A DNA stretch of 61,452 bases, the filler included, from Choristocarpus tenellus KU-1152 (Eukaryota; Protista; Phaeophyceae): the NCBI GenBank assembly GCA_964200185.2. It is 8 parts of 8 records of this genome, joined end to end, with 100 filler letters (N's around TTAATTAATTAA, not from the genome) between each part and the next. Parts side by side here need not be neighbours in the genome. Positions count along the whole stretch, not along the records: positions 7,599 to 13,574 come from CAXNAD020009266.1; positions 13,675 to 16,503 come from CAXNAD020024384.1; positions 16,604 to 22,791 come from CAXNAD020008723.1; positions 22,892 to 33,690 come from CAXNAD020002706.1; 4 more parts are not named here. One strand, written 5' to 3'. Shown here one piece after another: positions 11,256-23,917 of the stretch (positions are counted from its first letter, which is position 1; each line of letters opens with the position of its first letter). The notes under the pieces were generated by a model. It saw only the letters and a program-made list of their open reading frames with translations, was not told the origin of the DNA and ran no database searches. The translations under genes were made by a program, and so were the position numbers.

Positions 11256-14200
11256 GGACTCCAGATGTTGTGGTGTTAGTTTGGAAATAGCATTTTTTTC
11301 ATGAAGAGGTATGTTGGCATTGTCTACATGTCCTGTGTTGTATTTATGACTGTAGTCCTTGTAGCGTATTTCTGGTTTTGCCTGCTGACACATCTGCAAT
11401 ACATGCCAAGAAGGGATAACGATCCATAAATTATTTCCTCCGACATTTATACTTACTCTTGTTTTCCAATTACTACCAACTGTACCTCTATCCGTTTCCA
11501 CACCAAACACTTTTTGTTAACCTTGATTTTACACAAATTACTCTTTTTCCTCCTGTACTCGGCATACTATGCATCCATTTAGATGTGCATCAGCAAGGAG
11601 AGGAGACATTCGACATATAGTTTGCTGGAATAAACTTTTGTAAAAAAAAAAACATATCGACACTTTATCCCAGTCAATTTTGGGTCAAGACCAAAAACAA
11701 CAAACAAACACACCCCCCCTTATAAACATCGACTCTTAACATCAGATTGCCTACTTCAAACTTCCTTCTCTAACAAGTGATTCGTCGTGCCTTGTGTTGG
11801 ACTTTCAGACTTTCAAGTATCGCTCTACGAAATCGATCAACTTTTAGCCCATAAACAACTGTAGAGGTCGGCCAAGTCCAGGAACGGTATGGATTCACAA
11901 ATATATATATATACATGGATGAAAGCCATAGAATATTCAACTTTAGATTCGACACCACATCTATTCAACCTGTAATAGATAATCTCACTATTACTCAAAC
12001 TATTTCACTGAGGTAGATGTGTATACAGATACTAACTTCAGTACATCACTTCTCTCACACATTTTTCTGGACAATTATTTTCATCGCATCACAGTCAATC
12101 TCGTTTTTCAGTTCTACCTCACTCCCTCACTCCATACACATTGCTTCCATATATGAAGGGAGAGTGAACCTACATTATTCTTATATTGTGACTTTAGTAC
12201 ACTCACTACTAGATCAAGTAATGAGTTGTCTTGAAGGACCTTTGGTTTTTATTTTTGTTCATTTTTTTTCCACACAAATTCAAGTACACCCCTCAAAGTA
12301 TTATTTACGACCTTCCCACTTCTAGTTTATTTTTAATTTAGAAGAGAATATAATCAATGACTAAGATCTAAACCTAAGGAAAACGTTCGAATAATAATGG
12401 AACCAACCGAATTGAGGTGTGGGTATATGACGGCAAAACCCACAATCCCTCCACCCCTTTTGACAAACAAGATCCAAACCCATCAATAATTATGGTTTGG
12501 GGGAACGTTCTATATTTCTTACTGTTTCGAGATTAAATTCCCTATCCAGGTTGTATTATTATATATTATTTTGCCCTCTAGCATTTTGCAGATACTACAG
12601 GTAAAAAGTCAATTCACTATCGTAAGTAATGACATTAAGTAACAGTTGCCAGAAATGCGAAAGATATCTCTCCAAAATCTATTCCTATTTTACGATTAGT
12701 CTTACCATCCTTATATTACTGTTGTCCAAAAATTAACTACATACATCGCAAGTCCTATACTCTCAACACCATCGAAGATCTACATATTCGTCACAACGCA
12801 TCACTCACAACACATCATACTACTTTTGATGTTTGATGAAATCGCAGCTAGAGAAGGTCATGCTCATCTGTTCCAAATCGCAAATTTGTCTCCTTTCAGT
12901 AACTACCACCACTAATACTACTCACTACTATTGGAACCCTTTTTTTGTTAATGATACACATCAAAATAATGTAAATGACACATGTCAAACACAGAGAAGA
13001 TTGTCCTCTATCCTGATGGTGTACCTAAAACAGTCCACATCACCAACTATGCCCACGAAATGTGACAAGGGAAGTGGTTGCTGAAGGTTTAAAGTCATAC
13101 CTCACCCCACACACAACGGCACCTTATTATCTTTTTGTGCGGTTACAGGATCATAGGTTTGTTCCATCCAAATGGTGTCACTTTCGTCTCTAACCTAAAC
13201 TGTTTTTGATTGTCGTAAGTGGAAGATGACCACCTACTGTTGAAGTAAGGGATTCTTTCAAAATCCGAAGGAAGCGGAGGAAAAAGACGTTGGAGTGACC
13301 TACTAGAAACGTTTGGTGGAGGTGGGCGGAAGGATCACGCACTTTTCTCGAGGGAATCACTCAGGGTGGTTTTCGGTAAGCATTCAGATTTCCACTGCTG
13401 CAATGGCGGATTTGGCGATGACACATGCAGCCTTAGACCCACTCATGATCGGAGCGAAACTTGGCAAGGCTATGCAGAGGTTTCACGGCGTAAAGCGCCC
13501 CATTAACAGCCGATTTCAAAAATTGAGGATGGAGCTTTTCATTGAGGATGATGGGCTTGACCCAAAATTGAAGANNNNNNNNNNNNNNNNNNNNNNNNNN
13601 NNNNNNNNNNNNNNNNNNTTAATTAATTAANNNNNNNNNNNNNNNNNNNNNNNNNNNNNNNNNNNNNNNNNNNNGAGGGGGGGGGGAAGGGGGGTGGGGG
13701 GGGGGGGGGGGGGCGGGGATACCAATTGATGAGGTAGGGCGCAGAGGGCAACTGGGGCAAAAAAATGACACAATAATGGTCCTATTGGTCGAGAGGTCAA
13801 TGGGAACAGGTCATAAAGACCAAATCGTACATAGGAGAATGTCAACCAGGGCTAGAGGTTAGAGAGGGTGGGGGTATGTGAAGTTGATTGGTCGCCCTGA
13901 ACATTGACGGACAAGAAGAGAAAGATGGCAGGAGAGGAGAGGGGAGAAAGGGCACGTATGCAACAAAAGGAAGGGACAAGATTGAGGAAATGATGGTGAG
14001 GTTTTCAGGGCCAGACAGGGGATAACAGGACACAGTAGTGGGGAAGTTGGTTTATGTTCTCGAGAATGTATCCACTGCGGAGTTGGGGGGTGGGGAGACT
14101 ACAGCACTATTATATAACCAGGTATTGAGCGAGCTTAAGACCCATGCATGTGATGCATCTCACCACATACCCACACCATCTTGTCACCTATTTCGATTGC

Positions 14201-15849
14201 CCCAAAGCATTGCACTAGATGGATTTTTTGTTAGGAAGCAACGAATAGGCTATTTGTTTAATAATTGGTCCTCTATTTCGTGGACAAATAAATTTCAAAA
14301 CAAGCAATCTCACAACCCAACAAACTCACACACATGTAAGAAATACACAGCAAGGTCAAAGGGCACTACACCAAGGCCGTCCAACACAGCGGAAATAAAA
14401 GTGAACCCTACAATTTCAATCTTCCTCACCCTCTCACTCCATACTAACTATTGCTTCTAAAGCATGAGAGGACGATATTGGCATATCATAGTGGTAAAGC
14501 TCTGACTTAATACCTGAGGATCGAAGCATTAACATAGGACTACAGGGGAGTTTTTCTGCCTTTGTCTTTGATTGTGTGAGCATTAGGAGATGAATAACAC
14601 ACATCCATGTGGACTATCCATTGCTAATCTTGTTTACATTAAACTAATGAACAGTATCAGCAGAACAGTGTACAGGTCTTGTGCACATCTAGCCCCCTTT
14701 AGCAAAGCATCTTTCCCTGTTAAAAGTCACTTTCGTAGCCATTTCCAAGAACTAACCCAGTCACTGAGACAGCAAGCCCCAAAACACAAAATGAACCAAT
14801 CGGCTCACCTAGTCTTTGCCTTCTCCATCAAGTCGGTGAGAGCGTCCCCTGGCAAAGAGGTACCCAGGGTGTCGGCACGCTCGCCATGGTATGCAGACCA
14901 AATCTCCCTGATACGTTCCGCTGGTTCCTAAGTGCCGAAGAAAGATGTATCCAGATATTGTCCCCAAAAAGGGATGTGCAAGAAAAGTGAGGGGGTTAGT
15001 GTTGAGGACTGGATTGAAGATACAGCAGGCTGCGAGTATTTGTGCGTGCGTGTGCGTTTGATATACAAGGCGGGTAAGACAAACGCATTGAAGGGGGGAT
15101 GAGAACAGGAATCTTTCTCTGACGACGAGATGGGGTAGTAAAAAGAGTAAGAACCATATTGCTGGGTGCAATCGCAATTCAAATAGGAAGGAAAGAAGAG
15201 AAGAGCTACTTAGAATAAATGGCCCATGGAATGTAAAGTAGAGTGGAATAGCTATATATTTGCCCGAAATGCACCATCCGTTCAAAGTAGGTCAGGGAGT
15301 ACCCCACTCCTGGATCTTCGATTGTTAACCTTGCTCAGTGAGGGTCCTTAGTTTATAGGCGAACAGCCACAAAACAGACAGTGGCCTACTCCCACGACGA
15401 ACACAAGGTCACAGATCAAAGAAGATTGCCATCGACATACCTTCTCAAGAAGAGGCAAGTTGGTGATATCACCAAGTTTACGAGGACCAGGGAACGAGAA
15501 GCTGAGCGCTCTTCTGGGATAATGTGCAATATGAGCTGTACTCCAAATATATCGAGGGGTGCGAACCCATTCTCCTGGTTTTCTTCCTGCTAAGGAGCTA
15601 CTCCATTTCGCATGGTCTGCGCATGAGGTCGAGAAAGGACTGAGGGATTCATGACAAGGACATGGACGACAACAACTACAACTGGTTACACTTTGGTAAT
15701 ATTAGGGAAGACAACGCCTGTCACTGCATCGAAGGAGAAGAAGAGGTCTAGATCAATAAGTAGATGAAGTTGAAAGACGTGCCTTCCCTTCATTCTTAGG
15801 TTTAAGCGAAGGCACGACCACTTGACTCACGGATAGTAGGAGTGGCGAT

Positions 15850-16503
15850 CGTTAACCTTCTTGCTCTTGTTGTGGCAGTTCTGCTTGAGCAGCGTGCTGG
15901 ACAAGTGATCAACATTGTCGAAGAAATAACCGCACTACGCGTCAACTCCACGCATCCTTTCCACATTCTACGATAAAGTAGTAGATCTTCTCGGTCAAGT
16001 CCTGGTTTTGTTGCTGTGTAAAGTCCCAACTATCCTGTATAGAAGATTTTGTTAGGTATAGTCAGGCATCCTACATCAAGGTGTACAAACCCCCACGACC
16101 TCAATCAAACATGTCTACTACCAAAATGATCCAAGCCTTTCAGTGTCTGTGTTTGTTACACCTAATGGGAAATGTCCCCTGAAAACTCCATCTCACTTCA
16201 ATAAATCAGATAGCTCCAACAACTCCGACAACTCCAACATCCCACCCAAGATATTATTACAGTTTATGCCTTGGAATGAAAAGATAGGGGGCATAAGCTC
16301 CACTGATTATTGATATTAGCTGACTGGAAGGTAAGACGATAAAGATCGTGTGCTGTTCGCTACCACTCATTCCCAGCTGGATCGAGACTGAACTGAAACA
16401 GAGAGGATGCCTCGTGCAGCAATTATCCTCACCCGATGTGCCCTGGTTGCTGCGATATGTTCCACTCTCATCTACATGCACTACACACATACTATTCTTG
16501 ACA
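15850..16503 (+). mobile_element. Possible highly degenerate Ty3/gypsy pol relic
   Basis: Only weak motif remnants (GIVRHPTS, SVFVTPNG, an RNase H-like TEL segment) amid many stops. Confidence 0.25.
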
Positions 16504-16795
16504 NNNNNNNNNNNNNNNNNNNNNNNNNNNNNNNNNNNNNNNNNNNNTTAATTAATTAANNNNNNNNNNNNNNNNNNNNNNNNNNNNNNNNNNNNNNNNN
16601 NNNTTACTCAATAAAGGGAGTCCAACACTCTTTGCAACAAAACCATATTTTTGTGACACTCCCCCCCCCCCCTTCCTATTGTCCTGGACCCTCCATCCTC
16701 TCTGCCACAGCACAACTTCTGCATGTTTGCAATTAATTCCAATTTGATCATCCTCCATGATCAGTGCCTGAACTCACAACAATGACAATGCACAA

Positions 16796-19700
16796 TCAAG
16801 TCAACCCACACGCCACATACATATTTCCACCCATCATTGTGTTGGCTTCTAACCACACCTGTGAATCTCTCCGTTCCTCCCATTGATCCAATTCTTGGCG
16901 GATAAAACCTATCAACCTGGGAACGAGCTGAAATCCTCGACCAAACGAGTAGCCCCCCTCACTTGCACCTTCACATTCCCCACCTTCCTCTTGGACTAGT
17001 AGCCTGGCAGCTTTTGCACCATGCACTCGGCAGGCAAAGAGAGACAACCGCACAACCCGCAGCTGAAGGGCATCATACTAGGATTGGGATTGAAAACAAG
17101 GCAAAGTGAGGGGGTGGGTTTGAAGGAGAGGGGGTTCAGCTTCGTCTTTTCACACGTTAGCTACGTAACAGGGTGTTATTACACTCATTCTATGTACGTA
17201 TTTTATCTCGAGTGTGCTATGCCATGATGCATATTTCACAAGTTGGGACGCCTACTCTTGACTCCTTGGGTTTTTACAGGCACAAGCACGTTTTGGAAGC
17301 AATTTAGCAGAATTGAGATGTGTAATTTCAGAAAAAAAACAAGCTTAAGGTTTGATGTCCAATTTCATATTGCTACACAGCTCCAGTATACAACGGAGCT
17401 GCTGCATGAAGCTAGAGAGCCAAACACACAACTGCATGTTAGTTGCATATTCCACAAGTGGGAAAACATATAAAATGGAGAGTTGCATATATCGTTATGA
17501 CGTATCTATCCACAGGAATATCACAAATTTTGACGGGGACAAGGGGTCCCCAACAATAACAGGCTAGCGTTGATTTGCAACCCTTCAGGCACTCTTCCTA
17601 ACCCAAGACATGTGTATTGAAGTACATTATGAAGTAAAATATGCAACACTTTGACCAGAACACATGGGTGCACAGGCGTAAGAAGAAAATAAACCTGTTG
17701 CCTACTGTTGTACCTACACGGCATGCATGATGACTTGCCCTTCCCCAACAAGACCTTATCTCTGTACCACTAGTCTCACCCCCAGTGAGGTAGATGAATG
17801 ACCTGCGGCAAACACATCCACACAAAGCTGCCGGAGGATGCCGTTGCTCTTGTTCCCTACGACCTCAACTGAGACTTTATGATCAGGGTAAGGTGGAGTG
17901 AATCAACGCAAGGTATTGGGGGCATAGGCAAGATGATTATGGCTCAAATTGGTATGATGTGGGAATAGTATTGAGTAGGGGGAGTATTGGCTCTCCACCT
18001 ATCTATCACATTCCACCTGGAGTCTCCTAGATGGATTGGACATGCCCCTTCCCAACAATGCCATGCACAGATCAAATAGTATTTATGAAGGGCACAACGC
18101 CTTCCCCCCAGCTACTATTCTTCCCAGATTCCTCAGGGGACAAGAAAACATTTCTATTTTGAATTTTGATAATACCTTATGCCCTATACACACACATACC
18201 TGCTGGCACTACCACATGTGTACAGAATAGATCACTCCATCACCAATCAGCCAACATAGGCCACACACTTCCCTATCTTTAATGGCAAGGATGGAAGACC
18301 CTCTCCAACAATTAATCACTGGCTCTTCCCCCCACACCTTTGTCACAAAAACAAGTTGTACCCTTTGGTAACACCGTACCTTCACCCCTTGCCCTCTCCT
18401 CAGCCTTCTCCCATCTCTTCCTTCTTGAGGTGGACGGCGGTGTGGGAGGAGCAGTGGCATTGGTCACAGCCGAGGTTGACAGAGAGGTCCTGTTCCCATG
18501 ACAGAGAGGGGCATAGGAGGTGCAAGCTGCTTCCTTGTCTCCAAGGACCATGCGACTGAACAGTGTTTGGTCCCGTGATAGGACCTGAAGCACCTGAGTG
18601 GCAAGGTTCTGCATGTGCAGAGCAAGAGATTTGTGTTCATTTGGGTTCGACAAGATTCTATAATAAGGGGGTGGGGTTCAGGGATGTAGTTATGGGTGCA
18701 AGGTGAGGGGGTTGGAGATGAGGCTAGAGTTGAGGATGAGCATGCAAGCTGGCTGCAATATTAGGGTGTGTAATGCAGAGAGGATCTGGGATGAGTAAGC
18801 AGATGAGGGGGGATGGGGGCAGGCACGAGGATCAGAGGATAGGGAAGAGGGTGTATGGGGGAGAGGGAGTTCCAGATGAGGCGAGGCATGTTTTCCATCA
18901 CATGGGACTGGATGTTGCATCTATTTGCTGTTTCCCCACCTTCACTGCAAAGCTCTGGTTGAAGAGGATGATGGAAAAGGTCTGACCATCAAGGAGGCAA
19001 CCCCACTGGGCCAGGCAGGGATTGTTGAGGTCCCAGAGCACTGTCAGGATTGCCTGGTAGTAGGCAGAGGAGGAGGGAAACAAAATATTTGACATGGTCC
19101 ATGCCTATCACATCAAAATCAGAAACACGACAGAGTCTACACCCAATGATGAAATGTTAAGTCTTGTATGGTCTTTTGCAACTGCACATCAGTAGTGAGA
19201 GTGATCACCCAGGCTGAGAGTAGTAAATAATCCCTATGCCTGCACCCCTGTCCTTCCTCAAAATTTACTCCCTCCGTACCTGCTTGTAAAAAATACGAAG
19301 TCTCTAACCTTTACCCCCTCCTCTTTCTCAAGCTCTCTACATGTTCCTAACCCACAATCCCTAGCATTGTAGCACCTGCAGCACGGCCTCAGTGAGAACA
19401 GGGCAGGAGACAGCAGCCTTGTGCAAGATAGCTATGAGCATCTTCTTCATCCTCCTCCCAATATCTTCTCCTGATGCCCTCCCCTCCCAGCTCCAGTGTG
19501 TGCCAACTTGAAGATTCCCCTGTTCCATGGCAGAAATACTGAATTGTACCCCCAAACGTTCTCTCATCCCTTTTACAGCTACCTCTGCTGCCCTGGGTTC
19601 TGCACCTGGGACAAGGGTGTTGACACCAACCGACCCCACAGGCGCGCCTGCAATGTAAAGCCTTTGCTTGCAGCAGCCCTTCTCATCCTTCATTTGACAC

Positions 19701-22700
19701 CTCTCCCTCTCCTTGTCCTCGCCCTTACCCTTGTCCATCTCCTTACAGGAGGAGGCTATCGCTTTCTGCCTAGCCTGTCCCCTTTCAACGCACTGCACCC
19801 TGCTGTTGCCAACACTGCTGTCAGCCCCCTCCGCCAACCCTCCACCATCTATGCCATCTCTTGCAACAGTGGCAGATGCATCAGGGGTGAAGGATAGGAC
19901 AAGGTGTGAAACCCTCACAGCACTGATCAATGCGGCTTTGTAGTCCTCCTGAGAAGTCTGTGTGGAAAATATGTATACCATGCCATTGGCATCAACAGGG
20001 TGAAATTCATTGAGGAGAGAGGTACAGGGGTTGACATTATGAGTTCATGAAGTTCTTCATACATACTTGTTGCCTATTACCAACCCACATGAACAGTAAG
20101 GCCGAGATGTTGGGGAGGACAAAGAGGCACAAGCAAAGGGGAGAACATGACGTCATGTCTGGATGCATACTTTAAAGCTTTTGTGGATGTTCTTGACTCA
20201 CCTGCATTTGATCCGGTCAACAAGTAACCCACAGGGTATGAATACGGTCACAAAGGTTTTGAGATCACTTTCAAATTTTGATCGCTGCATGACCAGCAAA
20301 CTACCACCGAACAATACATCACCAAACTAAATGATAAAAAAAAGCCCTTCTGTTCGTCTTACATGCTCATTCTCCTTGCCACCTCCCCAACACACAAAAT
20401 TGCATAAAATCATTTACATGGCACTTTTCTCCCACCTCGCATCTCCCACAGTCAGGGCCCAAGGTCTCCATGTATGCCATCAAGACACCAAGCAGGTCTC
20501 CCGCAAGTGCTTTTCCTTCGAGGAGTTCCTTTAGGCAAACAAAAAACTGCCTGGAGAGTTTCCACAGCATCCCTGATACTGTCTTCTCCCCTTTACCTCC
20601 CCCTAGATGCCCCAGGCTATGGGCAGCCGAAGGCATTACCCCCCACATATATCCGCTTGACGGTGACCCTGTCATCTTTCCCCTGTTGCACCCTTTCCAG
20701 TCCCGTGACAGTTGACTGGAATGCCCCCAATCCTTACCTGGGGTTTCACTTTGACGCCTCCGCTCCTCCCCCGCAAGACGACCAGGGGTAAAGGCAAGAG
20801 GAAGAGGGGATGAGTCATCCCGCTGACCTCTTCTTCTTCCACCACCTCCTTTTCCTCTTCCCCACTTCTCCTCTCCACCCAAGCATCTCCTCCTGCAGCT
20901 GCTATATCCACCACCAGGGAGGAAGCTGCAACTGTTGTTGCGGGGTGTAGCCGGGTACTGAGTGAGGGGAGAAAAGAAACAACCAAGAGAGGTGGAGAAC
21001 CCCCCCCCCATTCCTCTAGCTCTTTTTTTTCGAGACCTGGAGTCCGGAGTCTGAAACCATGGTGTCCTCCCAGAAAAAGCTTCGTCCCATCCACCATTGC
21101 TGAGGCTATCACTTGTGGTACCTCTTGGGTTGAGAAGGACCAGTACGTCATCTGACATCTCAGAGAGGACAACACCCGCAAGTGTATGGGTGTCTCTGGG
21201 TTGTGATGTGGCCAGGCTCTTCCACAGACATGCTACTCTCCCAGGGAGATGCTTATGCCCTGGCCCTTCCAAGCCAGAGGGTGAGACCTCTTCCTCTGGC
21301 AAAATTGGTGTTCCATGATCAGCATTGGTATCATTGGCATCAGCAGTAGAGGTTTTGGCAGCAACAGTGGCAGCAACAGCAGCAGCCCGTTCCTCCTCCA
21401 TTTGCTGCCGGTCCCTCTTTCGCTTGCCTTGCTCAGCCTCAAGCTCCTTAGCCACTCTGTTGTGCTGCCCTTCAGCAAGGCTCAGTTGGTGGGCCTTGAA
21501 GGCCAGCTCACTCTTGAACCTATGCATCTCCCTCTCCAACTGCCGCTTTGCCTCCACCTCAATTAACTGGAGTGAATGAACAAAAGATGGTTGAAAGGGT
21601 GTAGGCATTGAAGGCAGGGGCATCCATAAAACGATCTACTTGAAAACGAAATTGGTAGTGCTGTGAGTCGTAACGATTCAATCAATCGGAATAACGGAAT
21701 ATATCTCAACCGAGAAAAGTTTGGGTATTTGGTTAAAAAAAAAAATCACATTACAACCAGAAGGGACTAATGAACATATCAGAGGTCACAGAAAAATACG
21801 ATCATCACAAGGAGTCACAACTCACTGCACATTTCACAGTTCATGACTATGGATCTCCCCACTGAGAGCTGTTGTGGATTTGGAGTTCTTTTTCTCGTGA
21901 CCAACCAGCAACATTCGTGCGTTTTGTGTGCATCGACTCTTGCGACTACTGTTTAATTTTTTTTTTTAATGATCTAGCTTACTGTCTCTTAGTCGTAAAT
22001 TCTTTTTGGTTGAAAACAACTGAAATTGCCCACTCTTCAATGAACGAGTCATGTATGATGGGGAGGGGAAGAATGGGCAGAGTGAGACCCTAACCCTAAA
22101 GGAAAATGACGCAGGTAGTTAGTGTTGTACCTTGCACAATCACACATACTTCTACGGTCTCAGCTGCACACCTTCAAGCCCTTAATGTTGCATTGCCTCA
22201 GAGGGACTCCTGAATTGTACAGTAATGTTGGCATAGGTAAGAAAAAAGTATCCCCACCCTGTTACCACTCCAATACTCATGCTTGACTCAATCTGTAGCT
22301 CACCTGCATGGAAGCTACCAAATCGAAATTTCCTTCCTGTAGAACAGTGTTTTGTGCCTCCACCTTTGCAAGACGTGCTCGAAGCATTGCAATCTCATCA
22401 TTGTTATCAAGTGTTATTGCCCCGTCTCCTGCCATTAATATTGCTCCTGTTGGTGCCCAAGAAGACTCAGTAGAAGCAACCGATACAGTTGATGGTGTAT
22501 TTGACAATCTGCTCACTGGGGCTATGGTGGTTCCAGCTGAATCAGGTGCCTCAAGGCCAGTCAAAGTAACCACTGCTGTGTCTGGTACTGCTTTCAGTGC
22601 CAATCCTACACCCTGGTGGACCACCTGGTGCTGGTTTGATGGTACCTGCAGTGTTAGAGAAGAGGAGTGACTTCCACCATTTCCTAACCGATCATCAACT

Positions 22701-22791
22701 TCCTGTCTGTGAATGGCCTGTTGATACTTTCCCTTTCCACCCTCGACACCACCCTTCAACACCTGCTGCTGTTGTTGTGGCAGTTCCCCCC
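16796..22791 (-). CDS. Multi-exon gene, 5'-truncated; coiled-coil followed by helical segments; possibly ATRIP-like
   Basis: Long minus ORFs 22277-22762, 20367-21623, 19361-19981, 18898-19095 and 18312-18653. A phase-0 GT/AG junction 22304->21566 joins EIAMLRARLAKVE...SMQ to LIEVEAKRQLEREMHRFKSELAFK. Downstream exon limits are unresolved. Confidence 0.5.
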
Positions 22792-23736
22792 NNNNNNNNN
22801 NNNNNNNNNNNNNNNNNNNNNNNNNNNNNNNNNNNTTAATTAATTAANNNNNNNNNNNNNNNNNNNNNNNNNNNNNNNNNNNNNNNNNNNNATACTTTGG
22901 GTCAGTACTCACCATGGTAACGTGTGATACGGAAGGGACACCAAGACAGGTACAGCATGAGATTATTCGTCTCCTCAACAGGTCGCCCTTCACACCCAGC
23001 TGGAAACTTCCCCATAGATTCGAGGCCTGGGAGGGACTCTTAGGCTATGATCTTAGCATACTGCAAGATCCACTGTGGGCAAGTTCTAGTACTTACTCTC
23101 GGCAACTATTCAACCCCTTGAACCAGCCAGGCTGATCTCATCCCTACAATCCTGCCACAAGGTCAACTGGTCTCTTTGGTTTGGAGGCGGTACTGTCCAT
23201 CCACTGCCCTGTGGCTGGATGAAGAAGGTAAGACCACGACACTAAAATGTAAGCACGTACCCCGAAGCAGGAGGGGACATCCAAAATCACACACCTATCC
23301 ATAGGCAGCTAGGCAGTGTCTGTAGCCCAATAGGCATCCCAAACACCCTGAAGGATGGGATTCCCTTTACCGTCAACAGAATTTACGCTCAGACGCGATT
23401 CCATGCTGGGGCACTGTCCAATCTAGCTGCTGCTCCCTAGTAGGAAAAGAGTCTTCTTCTAGATGTGGGCTCTACAAGGTTCAAACTGACTGCCACATTC
23501 AAGAATCATCATCAAACGACAGCATCACAGCTGAAGCCCTAAAGTGCACCCATTACAGGGGTTCTTTTGACCCTTGTAGTTTCAACCTCAACACCCTTGC
23601 AGATGAAGGCTTCAGGCGTCTCAGTACATAGGTAGTGCAATTTCTGGATGAATTGGTGATCTGGTGGGTGGATGGAGGTTGGGGCTTCAGCAGGAAGAGG
23701 AAGGGGGTGGAAAGGGCATTCATACAACAAGTTTTG

Positions 23737-23917
23737 GACCCAAAGTATCCGGGGGGAGGGAAGGGTTTACACCAGGGTGTCCATTTGGGGCATAACCAGG
23801 AAAAGTGCACTTACATCATCCATCTGACGTATGCAACCAAATCACCCAAAATTCGCGATATAAATAAATTGGCCCCAAATGGACAGCCACCCCCCCCTCC
23901 CCCAGATACTTTGAGGC
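23737..23917 (+). mobile_element. MITE family A, complete
   Basis: GACCCAAAGTATCC ... CAGATACTTTGAGGC, with TTTG on both flanks. Confidence 0.85.
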
